Assembly (NCBI GenBank): GCA_964016885.1
Contig: CAXHJY010001514.1
Span: 62,001 to 126,000 of the forward strand
Direction of reading: 5' to 3'
Length of the DNA: 64,000 nt
Source: Eledone cirrhosa
Lineage: Eukaryota
The stretch's first letter is position 1, and the number at the start of each line of letters is the position of its first letter. Below the pieces are notes generated by a model. That model was not told the DNA's origin and did not search any database. It saw only the letters and a program-made list of their open reading frames with translations. Below are positions 52,692 through 64,000 of the stretch, in pieces. The position numbers were made by a program, and so were the translations under genes.

Positions 52692-54225
52692 AAAGTATAA
52701 AACTACACTATGACTGTCTTAAAGTATAAAACTTCACTATGACTGTCTTAAAGTATAAAACTACACTATGACTGTGGATTAAAGTATAAAACTACACTAT
52801 GACTGTCTTAAAGTATAAAACTGTACTATGACTGTCTTAAAGTATAAAACTTCACTATGACTGTCTTAAAGTATAAAACTTCACTATGACTGTCTTAAAG
52901 TATAAAACTACACTATGACTGTGGATTAAAATATAAAACTACACTATGACTGTCTTAAAGTATAAAACTTCACTATGACTGTCTTAAAGTATAAAACTTC
53001 ACTATGACTGTCTTAAAGTATAAAACTTCACTATGACTGTCTTAAAGTATAAAACTTCACTATGACTGTCTTAAAGTATAAAACTTCACTATGACTGTCT
53101 TAAAGTATAAAACTACACTATGACTGTGGATTAAAATATAAAACTACACTATGACTGTCTTAAAGTATAAAACTTCACTATGACTGTCTTAAAGTATAAA
53201 ACTGTACTATGACTGTCTTAAAGTATAAAACTTCACTATGACTGTCTTAAAGTATAAAACTTCACTATGACTGTGGATTAAAATATAAAACTACACTATG
53301 ACTGTCTTAAAGTATAAAACTACACTATGACTGTGGATTAAAGTATAAAACTACACTATGACTGTCTTAAAGTATAAAACTACACTATGACTGTCTTAAA
53401 GTATAAAACTACACTATGACTGTGGATTAAAGTATAAAACTACACTATGACTGTCTTAAAGTATAAAACTACACTATGACTGTCTTAAAGTATAAAACTT
53501 CACTATGACTGTGGATTAAAATATAAAACTACACTATGACTGTCTTAAAGTATAAAACTACACTATGACTGTTTTAAAGTATAAAACTACACTGACTGTC
53601 TTAAAGTATAAAACTTCACTATGACTGTCTTAAAGTATAAAACTTCACTATGACTGTCTTAAAGTATAAAACTACACTATGACTGTCTTAAAGTATAAAA
53701 CTACACTATGACTGTCTTAAAGTATAAAACTACACTATGACTGTCTTAAAGTATAAAACTACACTATGACTGTCTTAAAGTATAAAACTACACTATGACT
53801 CTCTTAAAGTATAAAACTACACTATGACTGTCTTAAAGTATAAAACTACACTATGACTGTCTTAAAGTATAAAACTACACTATGACTGTGGATTAAAGTA
53901 TAAAACTACACTATGACTGTGGATTAAAGTATAAAACTACACTATGACTGTGGATTAAAGTATAAAACTACACTATGACTGTCTTAAAGTATAAAACTAC
54001 ACTATGACTGTGGATTAAAGTATAAAACCACACTATGACTATCTTAAGGTATAAAACTGTACTAGGACTGTCTTAAAGTATAAAACTTCACTATGACTGT
54101 CTTAAAGTATAAAACTACACTATGACTGTCTTAAAGTATAAAACTACACTATGACTATCTTAAGGTATAAAACTGTACTAGGACTGTCTTAAAGTATAAA
54201 ACTTCACTATGACTGGATTAAAGTC
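52692..54225. repeat. 29/31-bp minisatellite (aaagtataaaactacactatgactgtctt), about 52 copies
   Basis: Direct reading. Confidence 0.95.
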
Positions 54226-55088
54226 TTTAATTTACAGCATATTTTCACAATGATCTGTCCACTAGATATTGTAGATATTTGAATTAGCAAACCCATTTTA
54301 AATATTTCCTGCTAAATAATTTTAAAAAGGTTAAAAGTTAGTCTATGTATTGTTACATGGCCATCATCAGCTCTAATTAGATATATGGCACCATTAGAAA
54401 TATCTAATATTAGCTTTCAATAATATTCATCATTGAAGTAAACTTTACCTATCATCCATTCGTGGTCGATGAATAAGTACCAGTCAAGTACTGGGGTCAA
54501 TCCTTCCTCTATATCTCCCACTTATATTCTCTCTTTCTCTCTCTATCTTTTCTCTGGAAGAAATCTGCTATATTTAGACCTGGAGAGTTGGGCTCTGCCA
54601 GGTTTAACAATACCCAAGAAATGCCCTATGTCAATATGGCACCCCTACCACACCCTTAGGTGTTATGGTAAAAGAAATATATTCTCCATACTTATATTGT
54701 TCCTTTATGTGTCTTCTTATGTGGACTCAGTTTTTTTGTTTGTTTTTATCACAAATCCAAATAAAAAACATGATAAATTATTTTTCTTTTTTTTAATTCT
54801 TTTTTTTTCTGTTGAATTCTAAGAATTCTCAGGTAATTCAGACAAATGGGAATTTTTGGTTATCTCATTTCTGCAGCCAAGACTTGTGATTAATTCTAAA
54901 TTAATTCCACAATTCCACAAGCACATTCTCACGGTTAACGAATGCTAATATGTTTACCTGATTTTGGATATTAATTCTAATATATCTAATTGAAGCTACC
55001 TTCAACAGTTCTCTGCCTCTATCTCTCTTTCTCACACACACACACATATATATATCTATCTATATATCTATATATATATATACAGATA

Positions 55089-55120
<32 letters not shown>

Positions 55121-55533
55121 GATATATAGATATATATAGATATATATATACACACACAGACGGGTGTTGTACACCCAATCCTTGGTTGCAGGGAAAACTG
55201 ATGTAAAAACAATGATGATGATCATCATCATCATGATTGTAAAGCAAAGTTCTTAACCACTCAGCCATACTTACATACAAATATAGTAATAGATACATTC
55301 ACACATACATATACACACATACATACACACATACATATACACACATACATATATACACATACACACACATACACACATGCATAATTATATATGTATGCAT
55401 GTATCATCATCATCAGATTTCTCACAAATGAAACAGTTCTAGTCCTGTAGAAGCTCTTCTATATTAAAACTTTTATACTCTGCTATGTATTGAGCTTACT
55501 TACTGTGGTTACCGCCGATTCAACCCAGAATAA

Positions 55534-55575
<42 letters not shown>

Positions 55576-56579
55576 AGCAAGTATATATATATGTGTGTAT
55601 AAACACAAATACACACACACATTACATTTGGGAGATGGTAAACAAAACAGCATCAAGAAATATATTATTCTTTAATTAACCAGAGATGTTTGGAGAAATA
55701 TGATTAATGATGAAAAAACTAAAATGGCTTAATTAATCTTCATTTCCAAATTCGTTGAAATAAAGAATTTTAATTTATTTACATTTCCTTTCTCTACTTT
55801 CATTATTATTATTTCTGAGTTAGCAGTTTGTGTTAACATTCTCCAAACTTCTGTGAATTTATTAACCTTTTCATTACCATAATGAAAGACACTACCAGTG
55901 TCTTCAAATAAATAAGGAGAGAGTTTTACTAATAAAACTTTCTCATTATTAAGCTGATGTGAGGAACAACTTAATAAAGGTTCTTAAATAAAATTATAAT
56001 GGAAGGTTTTTAGATAAATATAAACACTTTAAAATAAATAGCTTTTGTACCATAAAATTATGGGTAGTTCCAGGCGGTTTGGTATCAGAAATATTAAAGA
56101 ATTTCTTTAACCTTTTCATTGCCATATTTCTAATAAAATACTCTGCCTATTATCATACTCAAATGATTTTGAACATACCATATTTCCTGGCGTTCAAGAT
56201 GCTAATTTTTTTCTAAAGTAAGTCTTGAAAATCTACTATGAGTCTTGGAATCTGAAGGCTGCATTTCTCATAGGCATATCCTAACCCCAGAGGAAAATTA
56301 TCTCTGCTAGACAGTAATCTGAACTCCTGTATATGACCTCTCAATGAAGTTTATAAATTATAATTAGTTAAAGTAGTAAATAAACAAAATATTAAAAATT
56401 AGGTAACAAGACCCGAAGTGTCTGGACCTTATTTTTATGTTTATCATTGTTTCTCCAATTTTGGGGGTCTTGTCTTGGAGGCCTGCAAGACCAACCCCTG
56501 ATTTATCTGGGAAAATAGCCTTAAAACATTGTTGTTATTGTTGTATATGCAGATTTCCCCAGAAAAATCTTTACATGAA

Positions 56580-56923
56580 TCATCATCATCATCATTTCAT
56601 TTTACGTCCGCTTTTCCCTGCTTGCAAGGGTGGGACGGGAACTGATTCTGGCTTGATTTCTACAGCTGGATGCCCTTCCTAACACCAACCTCATTTACAG
56701 TGAGTGCTGGGTGCTTTTTTGCCGTGGCACCTACACGACCACTTTGCAGTGGAATGATAAGGACCTCAGTCCCTATCATCTCATTTCTACAGCTGAGTAA
56801 ACTGGAGCAATTTGAAATAAAGTGTCTTGCTCAAGGAAACAACACACCACCCGGTCTGAGAATTGAACTCACAACCTTTCGATTGCAAGGCCAATGCTCT
56901 AACCACTAAGCCATGTGCCTCCA
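56580..56923 (-). mobile_element. Full-length tRNA-CORE-Ceph-type SINE with RTE tail
   Basis: Near-identical reverse complement of 61432-61776. Confidence 0.9.
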
Positions 56924-57164
56924 TGAATAATAATACAAATTGGTTTTGTTCTTTATTAAGAAATTCTACAGAATTCTAACACCATATAAAAAGGTGATAA
57001 ACTTGGAGAATAAAACTGACAAACTAAAATGAAAATGTCAACCATGAACATAAATATTTAACTTAAGACATAAACATGTAAAAGATAATTTGTAAAATCA
57101 AATAATTAGCATTTTCATTTAATAGCATTTTTGTATTTTACATAATTCCTTCCATTCGTGCCTC

Positions 57165-57475
57165 CCCATCATTATATAGCACCATTCCTTGTCACATGTT
57201 GGTAAAGACATGGGGGTGGGGTTAACATGTGGTGCTCAGTCCCCTCCCCTTCATTATATAGCACCATTCCTTGTCACATGTTGGTAAAGACATGGGGTGG
57301 CATTAACATGTGGTGCTCAGTCCCTTCCCCTTCATTATATAGCACCATTCCTTGTCACATATTGGTAAAGACATGGGGGTGGGGTTAACATGTGGTGCTC
57401 AGTCCCTTCCTCTTCATTATATAGCACCATTCCTTGTCACATGTTGGTAAAGACATGGGGGTGGCGTTAACATGT
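57165..57475. repeat. ~82-bp tandem repeat (about 3.7 copies) running into a decayed SINE head
   Basis: Unit cattatatagcaccattccttgtcacatgttggtaaagacatggggg...; followed by a B-box-like gagtttgattcc at about 57500. Confidence 0.85.
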
Positions 57476-57644
57476 TGGCACTCACAATTATGAGGTTGTG
57501 AGTTTGATTCCCAGATTAGACAAGGCATGTGACATTGTCAATGTCTTGGACACTTTATTTCACGAGACTCCAATCTTTTCAGTCTGAAATAATGATTTGT
57601 GAGAATGCAGCTAAGTTGTGTCACCCTTTGCCATTGGCATCATA

Positions 57645-58620
<976 letters not shown>

Positions 58621-58891
58621 ATATCATTTTTTTTTTTCTAATTTCTTTGTTTTCTTAACCCGACTTCTGCAAGGAAAAGGTGGGAAATCTGCCCTCAACT
58701 TAATTACTGCTGACACCCTATAATTTCTTGAGGTTTTATTGGGTAATAAATAGCTGGGGCCCTCACAATGATTCCTTCGCCGTTTTGTGGACAGCAGATA
58801 TTTTAGCTTGGCTTTAGCTCCTGAATAAATATTCTTCAATTAACAGCTAAACATTTAGCATGCTATTAAAGTGAATATATATATATATATG

Positions 58892-58925
<34 letters not shown>

Positions 58926-59153
58926 CACATAAATATAGAGAGAGAAATAGCGGGAGGGGGGAGAAAGAAGCCTATCCAGCCTTTGCTAGCAAGGAAAATG
59001 GTTGTTAGTTGATACATGTGTGTGTATGTGTGTATATATATATATATATACATATGTATATATGTGTATATATATATATATATGTATATATGTGTATGTC
59101 TATATATATACATATATACATATGTATGTGTGTGTGTGTATTCATATACATAA

Positions 59154-59202
<49 letters not shown>

Positions 59203-59248
59203 CACACACATACACACATCTGTCTGTATATACATACATACATACATA

Positions 59249-59296
<48 letters not shown>

Positions 59297-59362
59297 TGTT
59301 GGTGTGTGTGTGTGTGCGTTGTGTCAATAAGTTTTTTTTTTTGTTTTTTTTGTTTTTTTTAA

Positions 59363-60757
59363 TGACCATGCTGTAAAATGGAGGGGTAGAGAGGGCCCTT
59401 GAGTCTAGTAAGACATCCTCTCTAGTGCTGGTGGCACAAATAAAAGCACCCAGTCCATGCTGTAAAGTGGTGCTGGTGTTAGGAAGGGCATCCAACCAGT
59501 ATATCAATGCCAAAACGCTTATCAGCACAGCAACGAATAGGAACAACAACAAAATATGAAGATGTCGCATCTCAGAGTTGCAACACTTAATGTTGGCACT
59601 CTCAGAGATAGATCTGCTGAAATAGCGGAGATGCTGGAGAGAAGGCAGGTGGATGTGTGCTGCGTGCAAGAGGTGAGATGGAGAGGGGCCTCAGCGAGAC
59701 TAGTCGTAGGCAAACATCTTAGCTATAAGCTATTCTGGGTAGGTAAGGATGATGGGCTAGGGGGAGTAGGCATTTTCTTGGCTGAGAGATGGATCAATAA
59801 GACAATAGAGGTAGTTCGAGTTAGTAATCGAATAATTAAGCTTAGATTAGTTGTAGGCAGGAGACTACTGACAATCATCTCTGCCTATTCCCCAAGCAGG
59901 CCTAGGCAAAGAAGAGAAAGACTGCTTTTACGAGCAACTTTTACAAACAGCCGCAATGACAGAAGACGGAGACATCGTTATGCTAGCAGGGGACTTCAAT
60001 GGTCATGTTGGACAGCTCCAGGATGGTTACACTGGGGTACATGGTAGGCACGGTTACGGTTCAAGAAATGAAGAAGGAGTGAGACTTCTTGAATTTTGTG
60101 ATGCAGGTACATTGACTATTTGCAACACAAACTTCCAGAAACCTGCCAATCACCTAATAACCTACAAATTTGGTGAGCACATAAGCCAGATTGACTTCTT
60201 ACTAGTTAGGCAGCGCGACAGGCAGATAGTGTCTAATACCAAGGCATACCCTGGGGAATAATGTACCCCACAGCATAGGTTAGTTGTTAGTGATATCTCA
60301 GTAAGCAAGAGATGGAATGAGACATATAGGAAGGTGTGGAGAAGAAAGGTCTGGAAGCTAAAAGACCTTTCACTAAAATACAAATTTAGGAAAGCCCTTC
60401 AAGATGTATATGACGAAAAAGAAGACGATTTAGAGACGTATGACATAGATAATAACTGGAATTTCTTACGTGACAACTTGCTGCAGGCTACTGATGAAAC
60501 CTGTGGCTGGAGCAGAGCTCCAACCAGACAGAAAGTGACCTGGTGGTGGAACAGCACAGTAGATAAGGCTATTAGAGACAAAAGACTAGCATGGAAGGCT
60601 TGGAAAAAGGGTGGGAGTAGGGAAGAATATACAGCCACTAAGAGAGAAGCTAGACGTCAGGTGTACTTAGCACGCAGGGAGACAGAGAGTAGGAGGTTTG
60701 CCAATGTTCTGCGACGGGAAGATCAGAGGCGTGCGGTGTTCCACATTGCAAGGCAGT
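59363..60757 (+). mobile_element. 5' portion of an RTE LINE (family B): 5' UTR plus APE endonuclease, 3'-truncated
   Basis: ATG at 59556; RVATLNVGTL, VCCVQEVRW, GDFNGHVG and SQIDFLL APE motifs; frameshift near 59890 and stop at 60259. Confidence 0.93.
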
Positions 60758-61112
60758 AGAAGTAGATCCAATGTAGGTATAAGAATTGGTACTAGTTATC
60801 ACCTTACATTCGTATACTAGATTTTTATCGAGACAGTGATTATTAAGAGGGCATTTAGTTCTATTAGGGCAGTTGCATTTACGATTAATGTTATTAACAG
60901 AGTTATTTGCAAGTGGCCCAGGATTATTTATAATAGGAATTGTAGTGGTGGAATTAGCGAAAGGAGGTGCTAATGTTTCCTAATTTAGATTACTATTAGA
61001 AACATTCATCAAAATTACGTTTGACGTCGTATTTATGTTTAAGTTAACTTGTCTATAGTTTACATTGACGTCGGGCCTTAAAGTGTTATTACTATGACAC
61101 TCAGGGCTGGAT
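60758..61112 (-). mobile_element. Penelope-like element fragment: Asn-rich linker, Cys motif and N-terminal half of the GIY-YIG endonuclease
   Basis: Minus frame reads ...NNINRKCNCPNRTKCPLNNHCLDKNLVYECKVITSTNSYTYIGSTS (YIG at 60775-60767), with one in-frame stop at 60980-60982. Not in the ORF track. Confidence 0.8.
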
Positions 61113-61115
61113 GCA

Positions 61116-61168
<53 letters not shown>

Positions 61169-61368
61169 TGGGGGGTGAGAGAGAGTGGGTGAGAGATAGA
61201 ATGAAATTAACAGTTTAAAATGTATTCCTTTCTATGTTGTGGCAGATTTCATTTGTGTCTGTTTATAAAAATTAAAGTATTTCTCTAGAGTAAAATAATG
61301 TAATATTGTTGTATAACTTTACTGGTTATCAATTGTTAATTTATTATATATATATATATATACACATA

Positions 61369-61399
<31 letters not shown>

Positions 61400-61431
61400 A
61401 TATGTATATATATATATACATATATACATAT

Positions 61432-61773
61432 GGGGGCACATGGCTTAGTGGTTAGAGCATTGGCCTTGCAATCGAAAGGTTGTGAGTTCAATTCTCAGAC
61501 CGGGTGATGTGTTGTTTCCTTGAGCAAGACACTTTATTTCACATTGCTCCAGTTTACTCAGCTGTAGAAATGAGATGATAGGGACTGGGGTCCCTATCAT
61601 TCCACTGCAAAGTGGTCGTGGAGGTGCCACGGCAAAAAAGCACCCAGCACTCACTGTAAATGAGGTTGGTGTTAGGAAGGGCATCCAGCTGTAGAAATCA
61701 AGCCAGAATCAGTTCCCGTCCCACCCTTGCAAGCAGGGAAAAGGGGACGTAAAAATGATGATGATGATGATGA

Positions 61774-61776
<3 letters not shown>
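61432..61776 (+). mobile_element. Full-length tRNA-CORE-Ceph-type SINE with RTE-derived 3' tail
   Basis: A box tggcttagtgg, B box gagttcaattc, CORE-like ccttgagcaagacactt...ctgtagaaatg, ggtgttaggaagggcatcc block, tail cccgtcccacccttgcaagcagggaaaag.ggacgtaaaa(tga)n. Confidence 0.9.
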
Positions 61777-61807
<31 letters not shown>

Positions 61808-61810
<3 letters not shown>

Positions 61811-64000
61811 CATCATCACCATCATCATCATTTTACGTCCGCTTTTCCCTGCTTGCAAGGGTGGGACGGGTCTTATTCAGCACAGCATCTCTCCACTCGT
61901 CACGGTCCCTCGTCATCTCCACCGTGAGCTTCAATGATCTGAGGTCTGTTCTCACCACCTCCGCCCATGTTTTTCGTGGTCTACCTCTACCACGTCTTCC
62001 TTCACCTGGCATTTCCTGGCACTTCTTCACCCATCGGTCATCCTCCATGCGCATCACATGTCCATACCACCTCAGTCTCCTCTCCCGTACACTACATTCT
62101 ATCCCTCTCAGACACAGTTTCTCTCTCAACACATTTATGCTGGGTCGTTCACGCACATTTACACTGCACATCCAACGGAGCATGCTTGCCTCATTTCTCT
62201 CCAGCCGTCGCATATCCTCTGCAGTTGCTGCCCATGTCTCACTAGCATGCAGCATCGCGCTCCTCACACAGGCATCATACAACCGGCCTTTCGTACGCAG
62301 GGAGAAACCCTTCTTCGTCAACAGAGGAAGCAGCTCCCTAAACTTCTTCCAACCCGTCCTTATTCTAGATACTATGGCCTCGGAACACCCTCCTCCCATG
62401 CTAATCTGATCTCCTAGGTACCGGAAGCTATCCACCACTTCTATAGCGCCCTCTTGCATTTGAAAAATGTGTCTATCAGTGCAACTTCTACTATCTAATT
62501 TCCCTGTACATCTACTGCATACATATTTCTCCCTACCTGTTAGTTTGCCTGCTATCCCGCTACATCTCTTGTGTACCCAGGATCTGCATTGTGTGCATTT
62601 TATAGAATTTATGCCAGTTCCTTTTCTGCATATCGAACATTGCCATTTCCCTGATGGAATCAGGGTTTTGTCCTCTTTTCTACTCATCAACACTTTTGTC
62701 TTAGCTAGATTCACTCTCAGTCCTCTTGCTTCCAACTGCTGTTTCCATAGCCAGAATTTATTCTCTAGCTCCTCTACCGATTCTGCTATAAGAACCAGAT
62801 CGTCAGCATAGAGAAGTTCCCATGGACAGCCAGTCTTAAACTCCTCTGTTATGGCTTGGAGGACTATAATGAACAGGAGCGGGCTGAGGACCGAGCCCTG
62901 ATGTACTCCTACTTGTATCTGGAATTCCTCACTAAACTCCATTCCTACCCTGACTTTACTGAGAGTACCTCTGTACAAAGTTTGCACTGTCCTCACAAGC
63001 CATTCCTCAACACCTAGCTTCCTTAGGGACCACCAGATGACAGATCGGAGTACCCTATCAAAGGCCTTCTCTAGGTCAACAAAGGCTAAGTATAGTGGCT
63101 TATTCTTCTCTAAGAACCTCTCTTGCATTTGTTTCACCAAGAAGAGGGCATCTGTTGTACTCTTCCCAGGCACAAAACCAAACTGCATCTCATCTAGTTT
63201 GACCCTTTCTCTAATTAGTTGTGCTAAAATCCTTTCTGCCACTTTCATAACCTGATCTATCAGTTTTATACCCCTATAATTGCTCCTCTCCAAAGCATCC
63301 CCTTTACCTTTGTAGCAATTTATGAGAATACTGCTGCACCAGTCTTTGGGTATGACACCACCATATATAGCCTGATTGATGATGCGTGCAACCAGTTTAG
63401 TGCCTACGTCCCCTGATGCCTTCAGCATCTCAGCAACTATTCCCGATGGTCCGGCCGCCTTACCATTTTTCATTTCCCTAATCACCTCTTGGACCCTATA
63501 TTCGTCAATCTCAATAGCTGGTCCCTCTGTCGGATCTACCAAGGGTAATTTCTCTCTCTCCCATTCGTTCTCCACATTCATCAGTCTCTCATAATGACAT
63601 TTCCAGGCCTCCTTTTTCTGATCATTCGTGACACTAAGTACACCGGCATCATCCCGGACACATTTATCTCCAACAACAACCTGATTTGCATTGACACACT
63701 GCCTTGCAATGTGGAACACCGCACGCCTCTAATCTTCCCGTCGCAGAACATTGGCAAACCTACTCTCTGCCTCCCTGCGTGCTAAGTACACCTGACGTCT
63801 AGCTTCTCTCTTAGTGGCTGTATATTCTTCCCTACTCCCACCCTTTTTACAAACCTTCCATGCTAGTCTTTTGTCTCTAATAGCCTTATCTACTGTGCTG
63901 TTCCACCACCAGGTCACTCTCTGTCTGGTTGGAGCTCTGCTCCAGCCACAGGTTTCATCAGTAGCCTGCAGCAAGTTGTCACGTAAGAAATTCCAGTTAT
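61808..64000 (-). mobile_element. RTE LINE (family B), young copy running off the window end
   Basis: 628-aa open RT-PHD-C-terminal frame at 63719-61833; one nonsense codon at 63729-63731; ORF stop directly abuts the (GAT)n tail. Confidence 0.96.

Noticed and set aside
59363-59500. HDV-like ribozyme at the RTE 5' end
   Set aside because: Hairpins are present (tagagagg/cctctcta) but I could not assemble the nested double pseudoknot.
61432-61505. Possible tRNA gene
   Set aside because: A/B boxes continue into SINE body and tail, with multiple dispersed copies; it is a SINE head.

Overview
Eukaryotic, AT-rich and very repeat-dense DNA; the SINE/LINE repertoire points to a coleoid cephalopod, most likely an octopod. 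The only host coding sequence I can support is two + strand exons (31091-31329, 31717-31796) of a bHLH-PAS transcription factor of the trachealess/NPAS1/3 group. Its upstream exon and PAS-A exon are not identifiable here, so most of the window is probably large introns. The rest consists of micro/minisatellites, RTE-clade LINE pieces (with a PHD finger inside the RT), tRNA-derived SINEs, a piggyBac-type MITE, a small Helitron and an RLE-LINE 3' end. The most interesting signal is about 20 short, mutually divergent cassettes inserted into (TA)n runs. They carry minimal type-I hammerhead ribozyme motifs, inverted or direct terminal arms, and a second shared ACTC...TTGAGT hairpin; a Penelope-type GIY-YIG fragment in the window suggests they are Penelope-like (PLE)/retrozyme derivatives. 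All repeat boundaries, copy numbers and RNA folds were read by eye and are approximate.
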